From Octopus vulgaris (Eukaryota): a stretch of 64,000 nucleotides of DNA. A model generated the notes under the pieces. That model had not been told where the DNA came from, did no database searches, and saw nothing but the letters and a program-made list of their open reading frames with translations. Made by a program: the position numbers and the translations under genes. Positions 26,469-38,190 of this stretch are shown piece by piece (position 1 is the stretch's first letter; each line of letters starts with the position of its first letter). The DNA lies in NCBI GenBank assembly GCA_951406725.2, contig OX597839.1, forward strand, positions 23,932,001 through 23,996,000, in the 5' to 3' direction.

Positions 26469-27286
26469 TTATATATGTATATATATATGTGTGTGTGTGT
26501 GTGTGCATATATGGGTACAGGACATCACCAAACAGTAAAGAACATGAAATACGAAAGCAAATGAGTTCAATATGCAAACAATGAGAGAAACAAATGGAAA
26601 ACAGGACAAGTAACATAAAGAACGACCCTTCATCAGTTGTCGGCTGTCTGTCTATTCTTCATTTCAAGCATTGAACAACAATATGAATCTTCGAAGGCAG
26701 TTGCTCCTACAAATACCAAAATAAAATTTGGGATTTATGAAAGGTCAATTTTTTTTGTTCCCAACTTTGACCCTCCATAAATCCCAAATTTTATTTTGGC
26801 ATTTACACGCACACACACATATACATATATATATATACACACATATGTATCATCATTGTTTAATGTCTGCCTTCCATGCTGGCATGGGTTGGACAGTTTG
26901 ATATCATTGTGGCCTGGTTTCTACAGCCGGATGCCCTTCCTAACCCCAACCACTTTACAAAGTGTGTTGAGTGCCTTTTACATGCCACTGGCATGGGTGC
27001 AATTACACAGCATCGGCACAGGTGCCTTTTAAGTGGCACTGGCACCTGCAAAAGAACAGCCTGTATGTGTAAAAGACAGAGATTTTACTCAGCTTGATGT
27101 GTCTTCCCAATTTCCCAGCAAATCACAACTCCCAGTCCCTTGTCATTTCCTCAGTGAGGCCCAGCATCTAAAGATCCTTTCCCACCACTTTGTCCCATGT
27201 CTTTCTCGGTCAACCCCTTCCCACAGGTTCCTTCCACAGTTAGAGCTCGGCACTTCTTCTTGCAGCTCTCTTCATCCATACAAACA

Positions 27287-27860
27287 TATATTTATTACAC
27301 ACATGTGAGTGAGAACACTGAGATATTTTTGGTATCTAACATATGTCAGATACTGCGAGCGCTGCTTCTGATTGGTCAATCCATGGTGATGACCCGAGGT
27401 CACGGTGATAGCGCTACTTCTGATTGGTCAATTCAGGGTGATGACCCGACGTCACGGTGACGGCACTACTTTTGTCATTCATAAGTTACAACTAAACGTG
27501 AAGAATTTAGTTATTGGGTTAATAAAATCATCATCATCATCATCATCATCGTTTAACGTCCGCTTTCCATGCTAGCATGGGTTGGACGGTTCAACTGGGG
27601 TCTGGCAAGCCCGAAGGCTGCACCAGGCCAGTCAGATCTGGCAGTGCTTCTACAGCTGGATGCCCTTCCTAACGCCATGGTCGTTTATTCGTGTGTAATA
27701 AATAAAATACCAAACTCATTCCCTATGGATACCGTATTTATTACAACTCGTGGCTTGTAAACGTATCTAACGAGCGAAAGCGACTTAGATACGTTTACAA
27801 GCCACGAGTTGTAATAAATACGGTATCCATAGGGAACTCGTTTGGTATTCTCTTATATAT
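27287..27860. mobile_element. Palindromic non-autonomous DNA element (Crypton-like architecture), interrupted by an RTE tail at about 27528-27676
   Basis: Inverted TATTTATTACACAC/GTGTGTAATAAATA, duplicated CTTCTGATTGGTCAAT units, and a hairpin 27706-27849 with a CGAGCGAAAGCG loop. Confidence 0.55.
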
Positions 27861-28116
27861 CCTGCGTATAAGACATAAAGGATCTTTCCTGTTATTTATT
27901 TTTATCTAGTTTCAGCTCACAAGCTGTGGCCATGCTGGGGCACTGCCTGTGTTTATATATTTTATTGTTCTCATGAAAGCAGTGAAACAAAAAGAAAACA
28001 CAAACAGCAAATGGGAGGGGATACAAAAAAGATGAGACTGAAAGAAGAAAAAAGGAAAAGAAATGATAAGGGGAGAATTAGGGGGAAAAGGGAAGGAAAG
28101 AAGAAAAGAAACTCAC

Positions 28117-28261
28117 TGAAAGAGAATCCTGGTCCGTGTGCTGTGGCTACTCGAAGATGAGGCAATTTGAGGTGTTTCTTGATAATTTCAATAGCTTCTG
28201 TCAAAGTAATACTAGTCTGGAGTTTAGCAATTCTACCGATTCCGGTATCTGGCATTGGAGG
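28117..28261 (-). CDS. NIF3L1: NIF3L1 exon 4
   Basis: attctag/GTGAGT, 145 nt, PPMPDTGIGRIAKL...IKKHLKLPHLRVA matches the NIF3 G.GR motif. Confidence 0.93.
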
Positions 28262-29363
28262 CTAGAATATTGAAAAGAAGATAATAATAATAATAATCCT
28301 TTCTACTATAGGCACAAACTTGGGGTGCGGGGACTAGTTGATTACATTGACCCCAGTGTTTCACTGGTACTTAATTTGACCTTGAAAGTTGACCTCGGTG
28401 GAATTTGAACTCAGAATGTAGTGGCATACGAAATACAGCTAAGCATTTCACCCAGCGTGCTAAGGATTCTGTAATCTTTACTATAGGCACAAGGGAGAGG
28501 AGGATTTTCAATTACATTGACCCCTATGCTTGCCTAAAAGATGAAAGGCAATGTCGATCTTGGAGAAAATTTGAATGCAGAAATGTGAAGATGGATGAAA
28601 CACTGCCAAGCATTCTCTGCCTTAATAATAACAATCCTTTCTACTCTAGGCACAAGGCCTGGAATTTGTGGGGAGGAGACTAGTCGATTACATCAACCCC
28701 AGTGCTTGATTGGTACTTATTTTATCAACCCCGAAACAGTGAAAGACAAAGTCGAACCTGGCAGCATTTGAACTCAGAACACAAAGACAGATGAAATGCC
28801 ACTAAGCATTTTTGTCCTGAGCAATAATGGTTCTGGCAGCTCAATAATAAATGCCCTGATGCTGTACCAAACAGTGGCTCTCATGGCTTCTGATCTTAAC
28901 TGATTTGAAGTGCTATCATGTACATTGTTTTGTGTTGGTATAAAAGATGGGCTACAGCAAATATTCTGCTGGCTGATGATATGTGCATCTCTGATCATGA
29001 GCAGAAGTATTGGGGGAGCATCATAGTCATGTGCTGAGAGGGATTCTTTTGGGGAGGTTGAATAATTCACCCTTGGAAACATGGGTGTTTCATTCATCAT
29101 TTTTAAATAGCCCTTATTCAGGGACCTTTTGAATGACATGGACTACTTGACTTGAAGAAAATTCTAACTGGGCCCCACCTGCAAGATCATGTACTGTTTA
29201 TCTTGGTCACCATGTTGCACACATATGGTTGTGATGCATGTACCTGGTGTACCCTTATCAGTCATGATGGGTATATTGGGTTTCGTATATTTGTACCCCA
29301 GTGTCACTTTGATGGCATGCACTGCTCTCTCACTCCAAAATAATAATAATAGTATTTCTGTAC

Positions 29364-29487
29364 CTTAGCAATTTCAGTGAAAACAGGGTCTTGTATAGAA
29401 TGAGACTTCAAAATCTGGGCAATGGTTTGTAAAGAAGATTTCTTACACAAGAATGAAACAAAGAAACTGTCTTCTCTGGCTGAATCA
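29364..29487 (-). CDS. NIF3L1: NIF3L1 exon 3
   Basis: ttttacag/GTACAG, 124 nt, DSAREDSFFVSFLCKKSSLQTIAQILKSHSIQDPVFTEIAK; phase 2 to phase 0. Confidence 0.87.
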
Positions 29488-30428
29488 CTGTAAAAATAAA
29501 GAAAAATGGAAAAAAATAAATAAGGAAATTATACAAAATTTAATTCTTTCTCATTCATTATTTTTTTTATTTATTTTTATCTTTACTCTTTTACTTGTTT
29601 CAGTCATTTGACTGCGGCCATGCTGGAGCACCGCCTTTAGTCGAGCAAATTGACCCCGGGACTTATTCTATCGGTGTCTTTTGCCGAACAGCTAAGTGAC
29701 AGGGACGTAAACACACCAGCATCGGTTGTCAAGCAATGCTAGGGGGACAAACACAGACACACAAACACACACACGCATATAAATAAATATATATATATAT
29801 ATATACGACGGGCTTCTTTCAGTTTCCGTCTACCAAATCCACTCACAAGGCATTGGTCGGCCCGGGGCTATAGCAGAAGACACTTGCCCAATATTTTATT
29901 AAGAATTCTCCAAGAAAACTACAATGTCTTAATTTCAACAATTCAAGGCCCTGTACATAAGAAGCAACAAGTAGAGGCTGTGTGGTAAGAAGCTTGCTTC
30001 CCAACCACATGGTTCTGGGTTCAGTTCTACTGTGTGGCACCTTGGGCAAGTGCTTTCTAATATTGCCTCAGACTTGTGAATGGATCGGGTAGATGGAAAC
30101 TGAAAGAAGCTTGTCATACATATATGTGTGCATGTGTGTATCTGTGTTTGTTCCCCCACCACTACTTGACAACTGGTGTTGGTGTGTTTACATCCCCATA
30201 ACTTGACAGTTTAGCAAGAGACCAATTGAATAAGTACCAGGCTTTAAAAACAAAAAGGAAGACTGGGGTCGATTCATTCAACTAAAAATTCTACAAGGCA
30301 GTGCTCCAGCAGGGTCGTTATCTAACGACTGAAACAAATAAAAGATAACTCAGGATTCTTGAATTATGTTGCTGTCGGTGCTGCTGCTGATGATGATTTT
30401 TATGAAGGAATACTCTCAAGATACTCAC

Positions 30429-30570
30429 TTTAGAATCTGAACTCCACTGAGTTTCTTCAAATTTTCCAAAAAGCTGCTATGATTTGCAACATCAACTGTC
30501 ACTTTAACACTGTGACTGAATGAGAAGGCAGGATTTTCTTTGGTAGACAGAGGAGAAGTGGAAGCATTTT
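30429..30570 (-). CDS. NIF3L1: NIF3L1 exon 2
   Basis: ctttcag/GTGAGT, 142 nt, open frame ENASTSPLSTKENPAFSFSHSVKVTVDVANHSSFLENLKKLSGVQIL; phases fit both neighbours. Confidence 0.88.
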
Positions 30571-31467
30571 CTGAAAGTGAGAGAGAGATGGAGTTGTAGA
30601 ATCTTCATTCAACCAAAACTTACCAGATTCTCATCATCATCGTTTAACATCCGTTTTCCGCGCTAGCATGGGTTGGACGGTTCGACCGGGGTCTGGGAAG
30701 CCAGGGGCTGCTCCAGGCTCCAGTCTGATCTGGCAGAGTTTCTACGGCTGGATGCCCTTCCTAATGCCAACCACTCCGCGAGTGTAATGGGTGCTACGTG
30801 CCACCTGCACAGGTGCCGGGGGGGGGGGGTCTGGCATCGGCCACGATCGGTTGGAGCTTTTAACGTGCCACCGGCACGGAAGCCAGCCCATGTTTCACTA
30901 CCGTGAAGCATGGCAGTTCGCACACATGCATCATACAATCTACCTTTCACTCTGAGCGAGAGACCCTTTGTCGCCAGTAGGGGTAGGAGCTTTCTGAACT
31001 TTGCCCAGGCTATTCGTATTCTAGTGGTGATATTCTCCTTATTTTTTAAAACCCTTTAACATTTAAACCAGTCACATATGGCCCAAATATTCAACCTCCT
31101 GGTCAGATTCAGCCTTTCACACCTGTTTGACAATGTCATTCTTAAAATAAATGATCACATCATCAAAACCTTGAAGCTATGAGATAATCCATAACGAACT
31201 CAAAAGAACGTGAATAGATATGTATTGCATTTGACAGAATAATCTGAATGCTAAAGGGTTAATGTATCTTTTAGCCAAGACAGAGGCACATTGCTCATAA
31301 TTCCTACGTAGCAGCAGACTCCCAACCTTTTTTGCATCACAGACTGGTTTCATGCAAAACAATTTTTCCACAGACCAAAGGACCAAGTGCATAACAAAAC
31401 AATAAAGAATGTAATATATAATTTAATCAGTACATAGAACATATTTATTACATAATACATATATACA

Positions 31468-32400
31468 TCACTGCCCCTGGGAGCTCCTCTATGCCAATGA
31501 CCCTGCTCTAGTAGCCGAGTCACTGCCAGAACTAGAGACGAAGTTTAGGGTGTGGAAGCAAGGTCTAGAATTGAAGGGCCTTAGGGTTAAACTAGCAAAA
31601 ACCAAAGTCTTAGTGAGTAGGAAGGCTGCCAAATCACAAACCCCTTCAGGTAGATGGCCCTGCTCGATCTGTAGAAAAGGCGTGGGTAAAAACTATATAT
31701 GATGTACCCAGTGTAAGCTATGGACACATAAAAGGTGCAGCAATATCAAAGGAAGGTTAACCAGAAAGATAGTCTTTGTGAGTGGCAATAAACACTGAAG
31801 ATGTACAGAAAACAGATTCCATAACATGCCATGGGTAAAAACTGGAAATAGTTAATAACTTCCGCTACCTAGGCGACCAAGTCTGTAGGGGTAGTGGTTG
31901 CTCTGAGAGTGTAGCTACTAGAATAAGAATAGGCTGGGCAAAGTTCAGGGAGCTCCTACTTCTACTCTCGCTAAGGATGAAAAGTGAACTGTATGATGCA
32001 TGTGTGTGAACTGCCATGCTACACAGCAGTGAAACATGGGCCATGACTGCTGAGGACTTGACGAGTATTGAAAGAAATGAAGCTAGTATGATCCACTGGA
32101 TGTGTAATGTCAGTGTGCATACACAACATAGTGTAAGTACCCTGAGAGAAAAGTTGGACATAAGGATCAAATGTGGTGTGCAAGAGAGACGACTGCGCTG
32201 GTATGGTCATGTTACATGTGGATGAGGACAGCTGTGTGAGGAAGTGCTACTCTCTAACAGTGGAAGAGGTAGACCCAGGAAGACATGGGATGAGGTGGTG
32301 AAGCATGACCTTTGAACATAGGCCTCACAGAGGCAATGACAGGAGACCAAGACCTTTGGAGATATGCTGTGATTGAGAAGAGCCAGTAACTAAAGTGAAA
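31468..32400 (+). mobile_element. Decayed RTE RT fragment (family of the 46-50 kb element) in NIF3L1 intron 1
   Basis: Clear nucleotide similarity to 48710-49680, with stops and frameshifts. Further minus-strand pieces lie at about 30885-31035, 45670-45950 and 51235-51372. Confidence 0.9.
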
Positions 32401-32655
32401 TCGCAGCCATGGTAGATGCCAGTGTTGCATATCCGGCCCATATAAGAGTACCCCTGAGACGTCGGCCTTAAAATATAAAATTTTAAAAAAATGAAACTGT
32501 TGTTAGAATGATATATAAATATATATGACAGTGCCCTAAATGGCGTAAATTAACGAAGGTATAAACCTGACGTAAATACACGAAGTTGACGTACTTTCAC
32601 TTCTGACAGCTAAAAGCATGACAGTGCCATCTAAATATATGATTTTATACTTTAC

Positions 32656-33157
32656 CAAATGCACTGAGGAGCCAATCATTAACACCATTCTTTAAAGCAT
32701 CGCAACTAGTGTGGGGGGAGTAGATGGCAATTCGATTTTCAATAGCTCGGACGATTAATTTCTGCTTCCAGGAACTCTGGCAGAGTCGTTTTAAAGGAGT
32801 AAAAATGGGAGGATGATAGGACAAAATAAAATTAGCCTTTAAGTCGATAGCTTCGTTCAATACTTCAGGAGTAAGATCGTTGGTGAGCAGTATTTTAGAG
32901 ACATGGTGTGGTTTAGTTGGTTCAACTAATAACCCAACATTATCCCAACTCTCTGCAAGAGACGGCGGCATAAATTCATTTAACAAGGCCACTATTTTGG
33001 ATAAGTTTCCTTTTTTGGTTGATGACATCTCCGAAGATGATAACGTCTGCGAACACAAATTTTTCTGGCAGTTTAATGTTATCTTGTGCGGTATTTTAAG
33101 ACGATTAATTCGAAGGAGGAACCTGCTCTTGACAACGATCCGCAACACAAATGTCAT
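32656..33157 (-). CDS. NIF3L1: NIF3-like protein 1, coding exon 1 (upstream ATG 33157, second in-frame ATG 33028)
   Basis: LAESWDNVGLLVEP...LLTNDLT...ILSYHPPIF...IYSPHTSCD...GVNDWL are NIF3 family motifs. Donor GTAAAG, phase 1. Confidence 0.96.
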
Positions 33158-33470
33158 TTCATTACAAAACACGTGGATTCAACTCTTTTGTTATTGAAGA
33201 TAAAAAAAAATAAGAAACAATACAAAACCCAAAACGGGACTCAGAAATTAGGGGAAAACGAATTTGGGTACTTTTTATTTTATGAGTGTTGGGTCACGAG
33301 TCTAATATAGTTTTAGGCATAGCCACATGATAAGAAGCTTGCTTCTCAACCATGTAGTTTTGGGTTCAGTCCCATAACGCAGCACCTTGGGTATGTGTCT
33401 TCCACTATAGTTCCGAGCCGACTTTGGTAGACGGAAACTAAGATTAAAATAACAAACAAACAAACCTATC

Positions 33471-33501
<31 letters not shown>

Positions 33502-34473
33502 ACTTGGGTTCCATGAGCTAAATTCAAAATTTGATATATATATCAAATTTTGAATTTAGCTCATGTACCCCAAGTATTACCTTTGCAGACCACAGGCTGG
33601 AAACCACTGATGTAGAACGTAAAGAGGTGGAAGAAACACCACCCTAACAATTCTGTAAATCCACTATCGCAATAAATTATTGTTTTTAATTTTAAGTAAT
33701 GGTAACTTTGGCATAACGTGTGGTTTCTTCCACTCCGTTGCTTTTCGACGTTTTCGTTCAAAAGACGTTATGTTGTGATAATGGAAAGAGTTTTGTAGAG
33801 AACAATAATGACAACGGAAACAACTCTGGTATAGAAACGATGTTGATTAAAGATGATAGTGTTAATTATTATGATGATATAAGTCACGTTCTACAGAAAC
33901 CAGTAATCATTACAAATATTAATTACTATTATCTAATATTCCGTAATAATTAGCTATGTTATAATATCCAAAAGCGATAAAATTGATGAATATTATTTAT
34001 TTCATTAATCTAATTATTTAAATACATTTAATTCTAAATTCAACAAAAAGGAGTTTTTCTTCTCTGTCTTTTTAAACTAAAAAAAAAAAATTCAGGAGTT
34101 AGTTTCGTTTCGTTATTTTCTCTCCCGATTTTTAAACAACTTTTTACAAATATTAATGACTATTATCTAATATTCCGTAATAGTTAACTATGTTATAATA
34201 TCCAAAAGCGATAAAATTGATGAATATTATTTATTTCATTAATCTAATTATTTAAATACATTTAATTCTAAATTCAACAAAAAGGAGTTTTTCTTTTCTA
34301 TCTTTTTAAACTAAAAAAAAAAATTCAGGACTTAGTTTCGTTTCGTTATTTTCTCTCCCGATTTTTAAACAACTTTAGTGATGGCGCTGTAATTGAAAAT
34401 AAAGTTGCTGTGAAGTTAACCAACATTAATTATTCTAACATTTGGTCGTGTCTCGACAGGACACGATTGAAGT
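33158..34473. promoter_or_regulatory. Probable bidirectional promoter region NIF3L1/MAD2L2
   Basis: Divergent start codons about 1.3 kb apart; depends on the MAD2L2 exon 1 call. Confidence 0.6.
33910..34376 (+). repeat. Tandem duplication, 234-bp unit x2
   Basis: TTACAAATATTAAT...TTTTAAACAACTTT repeated at 33910 and 34144 with few differences. Confidence 0.92.
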
Positions 34474-34516
34474 ATGAGTTCAGAAGCGACTCTAAGTTCC
34501 ACGAGCAAGGTTCAAG
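34474..34516 (+). CDS. MAD2L2: MAD2L2/REV7 probable first coding exon
   Basis: ATG AGT TCA...GTT CAA G|GTATTT (MSSEATLSSTSKVQ), 43 nt, phase 1, which fits the next exon and the short first exon of vertebrate REV7. Sequence homology alone is weak. Confidence 0.65.
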
Positions 34517-35486
34517 GTATTTTTCATTTCCAATTTTCAGTGTATTCTCTCCACATTTACAAAAGTTGTGTCTCTGCATTCATCTCATCTCATCTCCTTA
34601 TTTGATTTCTTTTCGATTCTAGCGATTTATTTCAAAGATTTTAACAATTTATCTTCACTCAATTCCCACTTTCTTTTAGCTTATACCTCCAATATCCATT
34701 TTTATTTCCAACAATTCTATATTATAGGAAGCAGCTGGGTAATAATTGCCAAACCACGAATCCTATTGTGTTGTACCTGTAAAATGGAGATGGTTCTGAC
34801 ACTATCTTAATTACGTTTTATAATCAATTTCTTGTGAACCTCATTATCATTATCGATATTACTAAAGTGCCGATAAAGAACAGAATGCTTAGATTATTTT
34901 ACACCATATTCATTGCCAAAATTTTATTTTTATCCTTCATTTCTTCCCTCATTTGATTCTGTCTTCGCCGGTGGCAAAGGTTGGAGTTGATATTAAATAG
35001 AGAAGCTTTGCACGGAGAGAGAATTTGGAAGAAATTCGTCGAAACTACTTCAAATAATTATAATAATTGATAATTATGCTTCATTCATTGAAGTTAAACT
35101 GTTTTATTTTCAGTCGGAATGTGAAATACGAGTGGAAACCGATTCGACCTGACTTCATTGTCGCATCAAAAGGTCGAAAATCGATCGTATAAATTAATAT
35201 TTTGAGCAACCATTTTCACTGAGGACTTTGCAGATATCTTTTAGCTATTGATTAATAAAATCAACATTACATTTTCTGGCAAATATTTTATTATAACTCA
35301 AATGGTTTCGTGAAACATGGGTTTTTCCTTTCGCTTCGTTCAGTCGAGCTGGTTGCCAGGGGAGACAACACTATATGGCACTTTGGCTTTTTCATTCGGA
35401 AACAAAAATTTACGTAAAATAAGAGAATAATCGAACATTAATAATAAATAAATAATTACTATATATATATATATATATATATATAG

Positions 35487-35860
35487 TAATTATTTACATT
35501 TGACGGACATTTGTCCTCATCTTGTTTGTTCTTAACACAACGTTTCGGCTGATATACACTCCAGCCTTCATCAGGTGTCTTGGGGAAATTTCGATCCTGG
35601 ATTCTCATTCCTAAGGTATTTTTCGATGTTGTTGTTTATTATTATTATTATTATTCAGGTCACTTGCCTGGAATCGAACTCGGAATCTTGTGGTTAGTAG
35701 TCCGTAGCCAAGAGCGCGGGCTACTAACCCCAAGATTCCGAGTTCGATTCCAGGCAGTAACCTGAATAATAATAATAATAATAATAATAACAACAACATC
35801 GAAAAATACCTTAGGAATGAGAATCCAGGTTCGAAATTTCCCCAAGACACCTGATGAAGG
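35487..35860. mobile_element. Head-to-head pair of a tRNA-headed element carrying a hammerhead motif
   Basis: About 140-bp inverted arms (35565-35702 and 35718-35860), B box GAGTTCGATTCC, (AAT)n linker, adjacent (TA)n tract. Confidence 0.8.
35534..35579 (-). ncRNA. Minimal hammerhead ribozyme-like motif
   Basis: GACAC-CTGATGA-A-GGCTG[10 nt]CAGCC-GAAA-CG-TT-GTGTT: helices I and II pair; helix III is reduced to the palindrome ACGT, so it could form only in a dimer. Confidence 0.7.
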
Positions 35861-37400
35861 TGTTCACTTTACGTTCGTAAAATCAAAACGTTTTGTTGAC
35901 AATATTGATAATTTTGATTTAAGTTGTTTTTGCTTTTCCTCAGTTCTTGTTTATTTTTATATCTTTCTGGAGCCCTACTTTCTAGCTAAGTCTGTTTTAT
36001 AGAAGGAACCGGTCAGAAATACAGATTTATGAGTGAGATATACAAATAGATGGTTTTATAAGTCGAGTTGATAATGATTTTCTCCAAAACGAAGCTAGAA
36101 ATCAGTTATAACAGATAAAGATGAAGACAGGTGACAAGAGGGAGTCAAGTATCAGACAACATTCGTGGATGCATTTAGTTAGGTCCATTTATTTCTCTTT
36201 TTTTAATTTTTTCTACGAATGCAAACGGAGCGATTACCGTACGTCTATGTAATCACTGTTATCGACCAGATTTATCGAATGTTGTTTACCATTACTGGTC
36301 ACAATGCTCTAGTCCGTTGCAGGGCTACCATTTACAGTTGAGGGGACTGAAACAAAGCATCGGGAAATGAAATGTTTGTTTGGAGAACACAGCGCACCTA
36401 CCGGAGTTGGCAATCGAGCGTTCGGTCTTACGATCACGAAAGCAACACACATACGTGCGCAGAAGCAAAAAAAAAAAAAACAAAGCAAATCCAGATTAAT
36501 TCCTTTTGCTTTTAACGGGACCTGAAATTTTCAGTAACGGAAATGTAACGTTTTTATATGTAGCAAATAAATGAGAGGAAGAAAATATTTAATTAGCGGT
36601 TCGGCAAAAAGAGACCGATAGAAGAAGTACTGGGCTTACAAAAGAATAAGTCCCAGGGTCGATTTGCTCGACTAAAGGCGGTGCTCCAGCATGGCCACAG
36701 TCAAATGACTGAAACAAGTAAAAGAGTAAGAGTATCATTATTTAACATCCTTTTTTCATGCTGACATAGGTTGGATGGTAGGCCAGAGACCTGCACCTGA
36801 CTCCATTTGTCCGATTTGACATGGTTTCTATGGCTGGATGCCCTTCCTAACACCAACCACTTTACAGAATGTAATGGGTGCTTTTTATATTCCCACATGG
36901 ACAGATGCTTTTTTGTGGCACCAGTATGGTTGCTTTTTACATTGCACCTACACATGGGCTTTTTATGTGGCACCAGTGCCGGTACTTTTTATGTAGCACC
37001 AGCTCTGATGCTTTTGACATGGCACCAACCCTGGTGCTTCTTTCTTTTTTACGTGGCACCAGCATGGGATATGGCCTTTATTTTATCATTTGAGTATAGG
37101 ATACAACTTCTTTGAGTTGTCGTTGCAGACAGATTATTTTCATGTCTGTTATCCAGTTGGCAGGTAGTTAAATTCATCTTTCATTGACTGCTAATATTTT
37201 GATTTTAATGTTTCTCATGTGTCATTCATAGCATCATATTTTAATTTTAATTGTTGTCCCCACATGCGTTGTAGTGTCCCCCTCTGTGTAATGCTTTTAT
37301 GGCAATTTAAAAGAAATGAAGTAGCTTGCTTACCAACCACATGGTTCCAGGTTCAGTCCCACTGGTGGAGGGAAACTGAAAGAAACCCATTGTATGTATT

Positions 37401-37435
<35 letters not shown>

Positions 37436-37764
37436 CCCCTCAACTAACATCACTTGACAACCGATGCAGGTGTGTTTACGTCCCCGTAACTTAGTGGTTT
37501 GGCAAATGAGATCGATAGAATAAGTCCTGGGGTCGATTTGCTTGACTAAAGGCGGTGCTCCAGCATGGCCGCAGTCAAATGGCTGGAACAAGTAAAAGAA
37601 AGAATATGTTGCTTGGTTGAGTATTTGCATTGTATAGGACTGCTCCACCAGGGCTGAGCCTAAGCTGGAGCAACACAGCAGCAGCAGCACTAACTATTTC
37701 CTAGTTTATTCAACTGTTTTATTTGTATTCTGTTCATGAGTGTCCCTTTATTCTTCAATAACAG

Positions 37765-37883
37765 TAGCTGCAGATATTGTCACAGAGTTCCTGGAAGTTG
37801 CCATCCATTGCATTCTTCATCACCGAGATCTTTACCCTGCAGGAGTGTTTGAGGCGCGAAAGAAGTACAATGTCCCCGTGCAG
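37765..37883 (+). CDS. MAD2L2: MAD2L2 exon 2 (HORMA domain start)
   Basis: aacag/GTGAGT, 119 nt, [39 protein letters not shown], close to human [38 protein letters not shown]. Confidence 0.96.
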
Positions 37884-37965
37884 GTGAGTTTATACAATAT
37901 TGCTGCAACTTTGTACTATATTGTACACACCTACATACACACGTATAGGTGTGTGTGTGTGTGTG

Positions 37966-38190
37966 TGAGCTGGTAGAAACGTTAGCATGCTGGGCGAAAT
38001 TCGTAGCAGTATTTCGTCTGTCGTTACGTTCCGAGTTCAAATTCCGCCGAGGTCGACTTTGCCTTTCATCCTTTCGGGGTCGATAAATTAAGTACCGGTT
38101 ACGCACTGGGGTCGATGTAATCGACTTAATCCCTTTGTCTGTCCTTGTTTGTCCCTTCTATGTTTAGCCCGTTGTGGGTAGTAAAGAAAT
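37966..38190 (+). mobile_element. tRNA-derived SINE (family C) with a Meta-domain-like core
   Basis: B box GAGTTCAAATTCC followed by GCCTTTCATCCTTTCGGGGTCGATAAATTAAGTACC. Copies near 1490-1600, 10930-11070, 24700-24845, 28300-28845, 40840-41225, 43720-43925 and 59060-59270. Confidence 0.8.

Noticed and set aside
36121-36150. Alternative MAD2L2 first exon (ATGAAGACAG|GTGACA)
   Set aside because: Weak donor and very short; the 34474-34516 candidate fits size and promoter position better, though this one is not excluded.
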